Below are positions 53,076-64,000 of a DNA stretch of 64,000 nucleotides, one piece after another (position 1 is the first letter of the stretch; every line of letters starts with the position of its first letter). The notes under the pieces were generated by a model. It worked only from the letters and a program-made list of their open reading frames with translations, had not been told where the DNA came from and made no database searches. The DNA comes from Euprymna scolopes. Its lineage: Eukaryota. The DNA lies in NCBI GenBank assembly GCA_053919585.1, contig CM132783.1. One strand, 5' to 3'. Both the position numbers and the translations under genes were made by a program.

Positions 53076-54099
53076 AATGAGGTATAGGTTGTTTAAACAG
53101 TTACATCAAATTTAGCTTAAATTTCCATTTTTTGAAAAAAAATTATAAGTGCAGACTTTCTTTTTGCCGGCACTCTATGTGGACAATATGTGTGATTAAA
53201 CTCTTAGGAGCATATAGGGTAAGTTAATTGAAAAATTTTGCTTATCTAATCATATTTATTTATAGCTATGGATTGGGTTTACATGAAATAAGTGGTTTAT
53301 CTTATGTCGATATATTTTAGAAAGTGCTTCTGAAATTATTACAGTACTTAAATGAAATATAAATTATTAGGAAAATAGTAAGATAATAAATATTAGGGGA
53401 TAAATTATTAGAGATAAATTACAGAATGTTTTACTTTAAGTGAAAGAATACCCGAGAGTTTAATCACACAATAGGAATAAAAGAACGTGATGGTGTCTAA
53501 ATTGTTTATGTTTGTATTTTATTCATGAACTGGAATGCTTTTTGTTTTGTATATATCTATTTGTATATGTATATTGTATTTTTAATGCGGGAAGAAACGC
53601 AGCAGCAAGTTTATATCAGACGTTTATTTTATCTTTTACGGAATAATTATTTGAAGAAAACTGTTGCTAAAGTGCATTGAAGAAAATTGCATGTTCAAAT
53701 AAGTGATCACCGTATAAAGTTTAATGGCTTAGGACATTGGTCTTACGTTTACCTGATAAATTATTTTACTGTTTTGGGGTGATTCTCCGAAAACTTTGTT
53801 TTGAGTTTATGGAGTAAATTCTTCTGTTTTACACAGTATGACCGGGCTCGTGTAGAACATGGCATTTTATTGTCCAATCATACGATCCTGGAATGACTGG
53901 TTACCAACCGGATGAAATCCATGGATAATTTTCCCCACATATGGAAAAGCAGGCGGTAAATAATTACGTTTTGAATCAGGAAAAGTAACAAAAGGAAAGA
54001 AAAACATGCTAAAAATAATGCTGCAGTTGTATAACGGATCAAAAATATATTAATTTTTAATGAAGTTGAAATTGGGTCACATGTGGGAATTATTGGGTT

Positions 54100-54300
54100 G
54101 TAAGTTGTAAAAGGCTAATATTTGGGACGAGATATGCATGGATACTATCTAGGGAGTTGGTTAGCAAGATGTCTGTTCACATTACATTTGAACTTCTGTA
54201 TGTGAGTATAGTTGGGGATGATCGGATGAACAGGAGTTGTGGATTATTACTCAGAGGCAATGCGTAGTATCAGGGTTTGTCTTAGTTGCCATAACAAAAG
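54100..54300 (-). mobile_element. CR1-group LINE 3' fragment
   Basis: Minus strand IQKFKCNVNRHL, similar to 52920-52950. Confidence 0.45.
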
Positions 54301-54967
54301 CTGAAAAGAGTTTTTCGATTTGTGTGAATGCAGTAAACGAAGACATTTTTGGATTCTTGAGTCATTATTTTTGGCTTGAACTTTAGAAAATGTCATTCGT
54401 CATTTGAACTAAACTCACCTTTCACAAAAGCAAAAATATTTAGCCATGCATATTCTAATGTTCTACTGAACATATTCCTCTCTATTTCAATATTTGCTCT
54501 ATCCCAGGGAGAAAAATTACAACTTCTCATCAAGTTGGCATAATTCCGTTCTATAGTGTGAAGAAGCATTGGCCCAAAGACAACCTCCCCAAAAACCTCA
54601 AATATTTTACAGTTATTTTTTATAGTTATATCATTCTGTTATATTCCATCCTGAACAACGGCTGGACACAGTTCCTGCCAGTTTTTATAAATAATTCTAG
54701 GAGAAAAGATTAATTTATTAGTTTTACGTTCTTTCATTTATTTTTATATAACATCTTATCTAATAATAATCAATAGAAACGAATTCTGATATAATTTTCC
54801 AAATTAAGTACATAATATATAATATAATTTTTTCTCTCTTTTTCTTTGCTATGATGTCGAGTGGAAGAATGTTCAATGAATTAAGTTCACGTGATATTAG
54901 CTGCGGGGTTTTTATGTAGTCGGAGAGAACGCCTGGTCGCGCCTGGTCGCGCGGTTTGAAAATGTGG

Positions 54968-55052
<85 letters not shown>

Positions 55053-56544
55053 AAGGAGTTTATCTCCGTATTATATTTCTTAAAAAATAAACACTCGTTT
55101 ATTTTATAAAAATTTCGCGTTGCAGTTATTTGGCTTCAAATGTGTTCAATACGTATCTTATTTTGGTTTCAAATTTCACTCAACGCTTCTAATGGATATA
55201 AACAAAAAACTACTCTATGTTATTTTATATTATTTTATGAATTATTTTCCTCTTTTCAAAATGAATAATGTAGAAAGAATCTTGATATATTTTTCTGAAA
55301 TATATGTCAGTGTTTCATTTACCTTTACATTTTTTGTCATTAATTTCACTATTCTTATGCATCCTCATATCTTTCAACTCAAATTACTAAAATACTTTTG
55401 ACTGAAGATAACTAAGATATCCGAATATATTTATCTCTTATTAAAGTAAACGTAGTTCTCCGCCTGCGGTCATTCTTGCGAGTCGCCAGTGGCAGAATAG
55501 CTTGGTGAAAGACAATGATATGACCGTGGATAGACGGAACTGCGGGTCAACGGCGCACAACCACCGGTAAACGTCACGTGGCATGCTATCATCTTCAATA
55601 TATGGATTCAAAAAGCACTGAACATATTTTTATAAGAATTTTACCATAACTAGAAGTTATATGAAATATAATAAGCTATGTTTGATATGTTTTCTCAGGG
55701 AAGCAACGGAGCAACACTTAAAAATAAATGTATCTACTAATTACAAAACTTACTTGGTGTAAAAGGGATTATTTTAATAGATCATTTAAGAGAAGCAAAT
55801 CCACTATTTGAAAAAATACATACACATAAAAATGACACTTTACAAAGTGACACTTCAGTTTGTTTTTACATTATTATAAAAGGACTACTTCATAGTGGAA
55901 TCACTTGGTCATCGAGTATGTACATTTAGACATATGTGTAAATGTATCTGTAATATAATACATCAAGTTCTGGCGTCAATAATTATTGGCAAACTGTTTC
56001 ATTCTAAATAAAGCAGACTGTTATTTAGAGAGATTTACGGAAATTGTATGAGATCATTAACTTATCAACAACGGGTATCAGCTTATAAGCAGAACCTTGT
56101 CAAGTACACAGGGACAATCATCAACATTTTTTTTAGGAAATCTTTCACGAGTTTGAAAAAGATTAATCTTCTACATAGTTCAAAACTGCACTTTTCGGTG
56201 CAGTGTAGTAGAGATTAATTATAAATGCTTAATAAAAAGTATACATCCGTCATTCTTTCCATCTCAACAAGTCGCTATTGATCTGAATTTTTATGAAGAA
56301 TTAAAATATGTTGACACACATTTACAGCCATGGGACAAAGAACCGAAAAAATAGTAATAAAAATCTGCAAGTAGGGTTGTGCACTCTACCGTTTGTCACT
56401 AAACTCATAACTAAAACGCCAAATACGTTGAAGCTTTGTTTTTACAATGTTATTCTCTTGTATATTATTTAATTGGAATTCATTATTGAGACGAGTATTA
56501 TTAATTTACTTATTGCAGACTATTATCCTCATCTTTCTTAGTTG

Positions 56545-56599
56545 CTGTTTTACGACGTTTCAGCCAACTATTCCTCTGGCCATCTTCAGGTGGTAACAG
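56545..56599 (-). ncRNA. Minimal PLE-type hammerhead ribozyme motif (inverted copy)
   Basis: Minus strand cac-CUGAAGA-u-ggcca[gaggaauagu]uggcu-GAAA-CGUC-gua. Confidence 0.58.
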
Positions 56600-56707
56600 C
56601 GGCGGGATGGAGACTTACTTGGCCAAAACGTGGTGAGACGACAACAACTATGGATGGCAGTAATTGCTGAGAATGCAGTTAGGAGATTCGCAGTTCCTCT
56701 CCCGTCG

Positions 56708-56763
56708 CTGTTACCACCTGACGAAGGCCAGAGAAATAGTTGGTCGAAACGTCGTGAAACAAC
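56708..56763 (+). ncRNA. Minimal PLE-type hammerhead ribozyme motif
   Basis: cac-CUGACGA-a-ggcca[gagaaauagu]ugguc-GAAA-CGUC-gug: both core boxes, 5-bp helix II, palindromic ACGU helix III, GUC cleavage triplet, short cac/gug helix I. Confidence 0.6.
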
Positions 56764-57484
56764 AACTAAGAAAAATGAGGATTAATAGTCCGCAATAAAT
56801 AAGTTATTCTATTATTTAGAAATTGCCAACATATCTATATTGGAAATGTTAGTATTATCAATTATTGCAGGGAGAGTACAGTGGCTTGACCACACTCATC
56901 GCCAGTTTTAAACACACCTGATTCATGATATTACTGTGCTAGCGCAAAATAGAATAGAGAAAATCAACTAAAGACATAAATTGCGATGGGTAAGATTGAC
57001 ATAAGATTGTAGACGGTTCGCGAATGTTCGGCGTTTTGAAATGTAATTGGAACAAACTGAATCGATAGTTTTGAACGAGGATTAGTCGACTTGAGAAATT
57101 ACACTGTAAATTCACTTACAATCGACTTAGTTAATCTTACACATACCCATGTTCAGACTCATCTTCTCAATCTTTCCGTGGTGCTTTTGGACGACAAACA
57201 TTGTACGTGATTAGATGTATACCCCATTGATAGTGAAAGTACCGATAGTTCTAGTTTTGTGTTTAATTATTTTCCCAAAATAGCCCGTATAAATACAACG
57301 ATTATTCTTTCGTTAATGTGTCGTAGCCTCATTAACCAGATAAAATCCCTATTATTAAGCACTTGCCTTACTGACACCTTGAGAGTTTTTTCTTCTTGTT
57401 TTATTCTTTTCTCCTTCTTATACTTAAATAATGTCAATGGCGTTGGTGTCGTGCGAATAGATATTTAAATTTATTTAAAATATA

Positions 57485-57674
57485 AGGGATTTTGTGTCAA
57501 TTGACAAAATAATTTATATTAAACAATTAAATGAAGATTCACAATGTTATTTCTCACGACCTGTAGTTATTCCAGTTCATAATCTCCACCGCAAAAGATT
57601 TATTTTCAGAGCAGTTCTTCCAGAATTGGCTGATTTGTTTGCTATAAAAGCCAGCTCGCAAATCTTCCTATCGT
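57485..57674 (+). promoter_or_regulatory. Gene 2 core/proximal promoter, TATAAAA at 57643-57649
   Basis: gtcaatt...cacgacctgtagttatt...tattttcagagcagttcttccagaa...tgtttgcTATAAAAgccagctcgc, shared with genes 0 and 1. Confidence 0.8.
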
Positions 57675-57716
57675 AGTCTCTGCTTTGCTCAACCTTTGAG
57701 TGACTATCCATTTCCG
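57675..57716 (+). other. Gene 2 non-coding exon 1 (TSS approximate)
   Basis: Starts ~30 nt after the TATA box, ends in canonical donor ccg|gtgagt at 57717, conserved in all three paralogs. Confidence 0.75.
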
Positions 57717-58964
57717 GTGAGTCTTCGCATTTTCTATCATTTATTTTTTTTGTATCAAATTGTTTAAATCTACTCTAATTTGCAGTATCAAAACTTTAGT
57801 AGAAAATATTTTTCAATCAGAAAAATATATCTATTTCTCAGAGATTATGTAGATATATAATTAAAGGTATAATTAATAAATACTATTCAATCTACAATTG
57901 CAAGTGGGTTTGACAATTCTTAATTTTATCATACATAATTTTTTAACAAATTTTAGATCAAAATTTAGTATGTAGAATTAAAATACATTGAAGTATTAGA
58001 AGAATTTCCGTCGCTTATTAATTCCTGAATGTTTCAGAGCAACGCTAGTGCAAACTGAAACTATCGTATTCGTTAGGAAAAAATAGAAAATATGGTATTC
58101 ATAGTTTTATAATGTTAAGATATTTTTGTTACCTAATACTCTATTGCATGCTATTGTCTAAGTTCCTTATTATACTGGTTGTCCCATCTAAATTGCATTT
58201 TTAAATAAATTCTTATCATGCTTCATATAAATGTTATTGCGTTATTTTACAATTGTTTAACGTCATATTATGATTACATTTAATGCGTCAACTGTTACTA
58301 CGACTCAAACAATTAGTGAAAGCAAACTATCATATGATGTAGAATAATTATTTCATTTTATAAAAAAGATCATAAAGTAGAACTAGAACCATCTGTACGC
58401 ATCGATAAAATAGGCACAATGTTTTCCGAGTCAATTTTCAACACATTAGGTATAATTACAATATTGAGTCTGTTCACAGTAACAGACGTTAAAAATATTA
58501 CAGTTTTCAAATCCAAATTTGTGAATATGTATATTTACGCGTTTTACTAATCATACTAGATTTTATCATTATCTAAAATAATAAATGCTCATTTTTTTAT
58601 TCTTGGTTTTAGGGGGTTTAATCAATAATAAAGTGATACTACACCCGTTGTGGTATTACGCCTGACTTATGCGCTGTGTATTTCTCGTTGTGCGTGTCAT
58701 TATATAAAGATCCATGAGTTTAATGATGTGTAATAATTTGTTACTCGGACATCGTAATTAAATGAGGAATTTAATGAGATCAGATTAAACATATATCTCA
58801 TCTAGGTAAATGATGTATGTAATTTTAAAATTACATGTTTTCTTGTGTGAATTTGTTGTAGAATTTGTTTATTTAAAAAGTCTAACCGGATTCGTGTTTT
58901 ACAATTTTAAGATAAACGTTTTATTTATTTATTGTTTCATAGAGTTCCAATCAACCAATAAAAC

Positions 58965-58995
58965 ATGTCAGCGAAAGTCATTACCCTTTTGGCAG
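58965..58995 (+). CDS. suckerin: Suckerin gene 2, coding exon A (MSAKVITLLA-)
   Basis: Acceptor tttcatag ends at 58942, aaacATG at 58965, donor G|gtaagt at 58996. Confidence 0.9.
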
Positions 58996-59934
58996 GTAAG
59001 TACCTCATTATTTACATTTTTATTTGTTTGTAGAATATAGCAACTGCAAGCGTACAAACACTTATAATATTAGGACGGTTATGATCAAAATATGAATAAT
59101 ATTAATACGACTAAAATGACTATCACAAACCTAAACTCTCTCCTTGTGGAATGCTTAATAGTGGGTCTACCTTCCAACTGACCACAATATAGTCGTCTAA
59201 AAGTCCAATGTAAACAAGTTCTTGCCCAACTCTCCCCTTAAATTATCAAATTCTATCCAATTTACACCACTACAGATCACTACGCTGTTGTCTCACTGAC
59301 AACTCATTAAGCCGTATCCTCGAGTGGTGTTCATGCCGTGATAAGCGACGATTTCTTTTGTTAAAATATAACCGATGATACTTTTTTGACAAAGAAAACT
59401 CATCCTCTTTATTCGAAAAAGCACTTCAATAAACATCCGAACAATTTCATTTCATCTATCGCAATGAATAGATAATTCTTAATAAATGCTTATTATATTG
59501 AAAAGTGATTCTTAAAAAATATATTTAAATATATTCTTGAAATAAGCCAGTTTATTATCATAAATGTATTATTATAAATAGTGTTATTATTATTATTATT
59601 ATTAGTAGTAGTAGTAGTAGTAGTAGTAGGTATAGAGTAATAATTATTGTTTTTCATCTCTTTCGACATAATAGTGAATTGATTAAATTTAAATATTGAA
59701 TTACTTATTTTTAATCTTACTCTTATCGGTGTCAGTGTCTCTTTACTCCAGAAACAAATTTAAATAAGCATTAATATTACTGCTACTTTATTCGTTCTCT
59801 GGGTAACCTGATCAGTGTTTAGTTAGTAGTAATATTTCGATAACAAAAGGAATGGTTGAATACCAGAATAAATGTGACTGAAGCGGATTTGCTATTTAAA
59901 TATAATATATTCATATGAAAATATGTATCAGGAA

Positions 59935-60652
59935 TGTTTTTTTTACTCACATTCAAACAAAGCATATCACCACTTGACCGCAAGGAGGTTCTATTTGGAA
60001 CCATGCCAAGGAAAGTTTAACAAGAGGTTGTTTTAGATTTAAACTTGTGCATATCAGTACAGTAAAGCTGCTAGCATGAAGGAAATTCCAGTCAAGCTAT
60101 TCGAGGGAATAAACTATTAGAATAGAAAGCTTTCTGGAATCTAAGGACCTCAACAGGTAAGGGGTGAGATTTTATTACTAAGCCGGTTTGTCAGGGATAT
60201 GTACGTTGAGGGGACATAAGTACAACGAGTTCATCAGAGTACATTCCAGTAAAATATTTGTAAAACAGGCACAGAGATGCAACATTGCGACGATGGGACA
60301 GGGGTTGGAGCTTAGTTTACAAAGTTAAACCTATTTAATTGAAAACTACTTTTTGTACCCTATCCAAGAGGGATAGTGGTAGATGTACTAGCCATAATGT
60401 AAGGAAAATACTTCATGCATGGTGAATGGTGGCCTAATGGAGGTACAAGATACTCTCATGTGTGAGTAGTCTCTTAGCCCGATAGAGGGAAACCGCAATG
60501 TCCTCAATATATTTGTTTATATTACCCGTGAATGTTAAGCCGAAGAGTTTGAAGGAAGAATTCTCATTATGTCCATTATCCCTTTTTTCTTCTTAAAATT
60601 AAGTCCCTCGCTTTGTACACAATAATGCATTTCATTATTCATGCCTGGGAAC
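59935..60652 (-). mobile_element. CR1-group LINE 3' portion in gene 2 intron 2 (runs into N gap)
   Basis: Minus strand LSHRRNVASLCLFYKYF...FYSNSLFPR; same family as 51560-53075; T-tail at ~59935. Confidence 0.82.
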
Positions 60653-61235
60653 NNNNNNNNNNNNNNNNNNNNNNNNNNNNNNNNNNNNNNNNNNNNNNNN
60701 NNNNNNNNNNNNNNNNNNNNNNNNNNNNNNNNNNNNNNNNNNNNNNNNNNNNNNNNNNNNNNNNNNNNNNNNNNNNNNNNNNNNNNNNNNNNNNNNNNNN
60801 NNNNNNNNNNNNNNNNNNNNNNNNNNNNNNNNNNNNNNNNNNNNNNNNNNNNNNNNNNNNNNNNNNNNNNNNNNNNNNNNNNNNNNNNNNNNNNNNNNNN
60901 NNNNNNNNNNNNNNNNNNNNNNNNNNNNNNNNNNNNNNNNNNNNNNNNNNNNNNNNNNNNNNNNNNNNNNNNNNNNNNNNNNNNNNNNNNNNNNNNNNNN
61001 NNNNNNNNNNNNNNNNNNNNNNNNNNNNNNNNNNNNNNNNNNNNNNNNNNNNNNNNNNNNNNNNNNNNNNNNNNNNNNNNNNNNNNNNNNNNNNNNNNNN
61101 NNNNNNNNNNNNNNNNNNNNNNNNNNNNNNNNNNNNNNNNNNNNNNNNNNNNNNNNNNNNNNNNNNNNNNNNNNNNNNNNNNNNNNNNNNNNNNNNNNNN
61201 NNNNNNNNNNNNNNNNNNNNNNNNNNNNNNNNNNN
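60653..61235. other. Assembly gap (other gaps: 4032-4200, 6812-6968, 20118-20287, 27323-27478)
   Basis: Runs of N. Confidence 1.
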
Positions 61236-61346
61236 TCCTTTTAAATATAAATTAAATCTTAAACATATATAAACACACATCAATAAATGATACGAGTAAA
61301 GCAATGTGATAATATATTTTAATTACTATTTTCTTGTCTCTTTCAG

Positions 61347-61385
61347 TGATTGCTTTCAGCAACTACGTATCTGCCGTTCTTCCAG
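61347..61385 (+). CDS. suckerin: Suckerin gene 2, coding exon B (VIAFSNYVSAVLP-)
   Basis: tctctttcag|tgattgctttcagcaactacgtatctgccgttcttccag|gtaag, 39 nt, phase 1-1. Confidence 0.92.
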
Positions 61386-62292
61386 GTAAGCATCATCACT
61401 GTTTTATCTATCTGTATAAATGAAGACATTTTAACAATGATAAACTTGCAATGTGACTTGTGCGTATTTTTCCAATGTTATTTTGATGCAAATAAATCGA
61501 TCATAAAATAAGTCTTAACTTAGTCAATTTTTTATCGAGTATATGTTAAGTGTTTATATTTGATTATCACTGCTTAAGTAATTAACTATTATTCCGTGCA
61601 CACAATGAGTGTTTTCTTATAAATATATTCAGCTAAAATCATTAGACAATAACCACATATGATTTTTGCTAAACATTCGAATTGGTTACCGTGTTATGTG
61701 TTCATATTTTTACGCAAATCATGTATCAACTGCAGATTTTTTAAATGAAGACAATTATTTGTACTTGTTTATTGTAGAAACACAGCTTTAATTTTACATA
61801 ATCTCCAGAAATAGTGACTGACGTTTCAATGTTATCCTAAACTCAATGCAAAATAAATATATGCTCAAATACAGAAAATAAATACATTCCGAATATGTTC
61901 AATACCGAGAATTCTTTTTTAATAAATTCAACAAAAAGCATTACATAACGTTCCAATACTATTTGAAAAACAAATTTGATTTAGTCACTGCATGTGTGTC
62001 TACTTTTACGCAGATCGCGTACTAAATGCTATCTTTTTCAACGTTGAAAATGTTTATCTTTTGTTCATAACTTTTATTGGGCGAATAAAAGTCATTAAAT
62101 ACTAAATTTAATTTAATTTTCAAATAAAAGTTTAAATGTTGAGAATTGCATTTGTATAAAATTAATCACTTCTAAAATTTACGATAAGTTACCGATTTAT
62201 TTCTTAAGTATTTGTTCTTACATCGATTGTTTTAAATCAAATTTGGGGAGAAAATATTTCAACTTTACAATGTAAATATTTCTTCTTCACAG

Positions 62293-63053
62293 CCGCTACA
62301 ACCGTCAAACAGACAACGCATCACAGATCATATGGATATGGTGGTTTGGGATACCCAGTTGGATATGGACTTGGCGCCACTTCTGTAAGCACACTCCATC
62401 ACCCAGTCGGATATGCTGGATTTGGTCTTGGACTTTACGGTGCAGGATATCCAGCAGCAACTTATACCCACACAACTCATCATGCTCCATACGCATATGG
62501 TGGTCTCTATGGTGGATATGGACTCGGTCTTTATGGTTATCCTGCCGCCGCCGCCGCCGCTACTGTAAGCACAGTCCATCACCCAGTTGGATATGCTGGC
62601 TTGGGTTATGGTTTGTATGGTGCGGGTTTCCATTACCCAGCAGCAACTTCTTATAGCCACACCACTCACCATGCTCCATACGCATACGGTGGTCTTTATG
62701 GTGGATATGGACTCGGCGTCTATGGTTATCCTGCTGCCGCTTCTACTGTAAGCACAGTCCATCACCCAGTTGGGTATGCTGGTTTGGGTTATGGTTTGTA
62801 TGGTGCGGGATATCACTACCCAGCAGCTACTGCCTTTAGTCATACAACTCACCATGCTCCATACGGATACGGTGTATATGGTGGATATGGACTCGGCGCC
62901 TTCGGCTATCCTGCTGCAACCTCTGTAAGCACAGTGCACCACCCAGTTGGATATGCTGGATTCGGTCTCGCAGGTTATGGTTTCGGGTACCCAGCAGCTA
63001 CATCTTACAGTCATACCTTGCATCATCCAGTTGGAGCCTTCGGATATTATTGA
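62293..63053 (+). CDS. suckerin: Suckerin gene 2, main coding exon (9 Ala/Thr/His modules alternating with Gly/Tyr modules); full precursor 276 aa
   Basis: Acceptor cttcacag| is in frame with exon B and the track ORF 62346..63053. Reads AATTVKQTTHH..., PAATYTHTTHHAP, PAAASTVSTVHHP, GGLYGGYGLG. C-terminus HTLHHPVGAFGYY is identical to gene 1. Confidence 0.95.
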
Positions 63054-63727
63054 ACATGATTTACAGATAGATATTCTTCAACATCAAATCTGTAAGTAAC
63101 AAATATGTATATTACTTACAAAATATTTCTAATACAATTTTTAAATATATGCAAAACTTTTCATAAATTTCACAAAATGTTTTCAGAGAGCTGTTCGTTA
63201 TGAAATCGAGGATCCTATCAATAATAATGTTAATATAATAAATGAATACGACTATATTACTACGAGTAAAGCAATAATATACCACTATTACTATCTAGAC
63301 TATCTAAAGTATCTCTAATGATTATAATAATAAGTAACTAAATCTTATACAATTCTATTCTCCATATACTGTATATTGCTGCTGTGTATCTGATGAACGC
63401 ATATGCCGCAATATTATTGTATCATAATTTTACAACGTGAAACATATTCATCTAAATGATCTAGATGTAATTTCAAAATAAATCTGACTAAATGTGTGTG
63501 AGATATTTCAATTCTGTAGACATCTGGCGCTAACGCAACCTCCACAATATTATAGTGCTATCTTTGGATAAGAAAGATGCTACTAGCAATGACTGAGAAA
63601 ACAAAAAAATAAAATATACATGATTTAAATTACATTTTTTCATTGCAGCGTGGTCGAGCAGGCAATTACAATATTTAAAATGTAGAGAAGATTAAAATAT
63701 ATGAACGGAGATAAACTTGCCTTAGTG

Positions 63728-63788
<61 letters not shown>
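63728..63788. repeat. (TAA)n microsatellite
   Basis: Directly visible. Confidence 0.97.
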
Positions 63789-63923
63789 TGCATTATACAT
63801 AGTGCATACCTTTTCAATAATGCTTATAAAGAACAACCTATAAGAAATGGCACGGAACACAAATATAGATAATATTTAATTCGTCAATGTTTTTAGATTT
63901 TAAGATTACCGAATTGTATTTAT

Positions 63924-63983
<60 letters not shown>

Positions 63984-64000
63984 CATACTAAGCTTGTATT

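Larger units (their letters stand above)
50087..53175 (-). mobile_element. Tc1-family transposon with long IR/DR TIRs (~220 bp) and TA TSD, interrupted by a LINE
   Basis: TA|cacaggcggcaaaaagaaagtcc ... gactttctttttgccggcactc|TA. One TIR at 50087-50305; the other is split into 51440-51559 and 53076-53175. Confidence 0.9.
56503..56805. mobile_element. Penelope-like pseudo-LTR remnant as an inverted repeat (~105-bp arms, ~92-bp spacer)
   Basis: Arm 56503-56607 is the reverse complement of 56700-56805. A partial third copy lies at ~56619-56653. Confidence 0.8.

Noticed and set aside
59130-59330. Possible very old CR1 3' fragment on the minus strand in gene 2 intron 2
   Set aside because: Only faint motif resemblance; not supportable without a search.
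60613-61304. Long ORFs spanning N runs (also ~4000, ~6800, ~20100, ~27300)
   Set aside because: Artefacts of assembly gaps.
62346-62348. ORF-track starts at 62346 and 24501
   Set aside because: Both are internal TTG (Leu) codons. The true starts are the upstream ATG exons at 58965 and 15155.
62328-63026. 232-aa antisense ORF (and 24498..24725 -) over the suckerin exons
   Set aside because: Shadow frame produced by the restricted Gly/Tyr/Ala/His codon usage; no independent promoter or splice evidence.
63640-63700. Acceptor tttttcattgcag as the terminal exon of gene 2
   Set aside because: The following sequence does not resemble the gene 1 candidate terminal exon (26002 onward). The real exon may lie beyond the window; unresolved.
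1-64000. tRNA, rRNA or prokaryotic operon features
   Set aside because: None recognised. The sequence has spliceosomal introns and metazoan transposons.

Overview
AT-rich, repeat-dense eukaryotic DNA with five N-gaps, most likely from a decapodiform cephalopod (squid or cuttlefish). The window is part of a suckerin (sucker-ring-teeth structural protein) gene cluster. Two complete + strand genes can be reconstructed. Gene 1 CDS is join(15155..15185,23540..23578,24496..24923), 165 aa. Gene 2 CDS is join(58965..58995,61347..61385,62293..63053), 276 aa. Each encodes a ~20-aa signal peptide followed by Pro-delimited alternating Ala/Thr/His-rich and Gly/Tyr/Leu-rich modules. A third paralog (gene 0), absent from the ORF track, lies on the - strand head-to-head with gene 1: promoter ~5680, exon 1 ~5612-5653, first coding exon 4695-4725, with the rest not found in the window. 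All three share a conserved TATA promoter, non-coding exon 1 and start of intron 1. The remainder is transposon debris: a full-length decayed Ty3/Gypsy element (42371-46653, 5-bp TSD), an IR/DR Tc1 element whose TIR is split by a CR1-group LINE, and DD41D, Chapaev3-like, RTE, R4/Dong-like, Penelope and Helitron-like remnants. Less expected items are an inverted pair of Penelope-type minimal hammerhead motifs ~0.85 kb upstream of gene 2, and a ~2.4-kb duplicated non-coding block with a perfectly conserved candidate 12-nt micro-exon. All family assignments come from motif recognition, not database searches.
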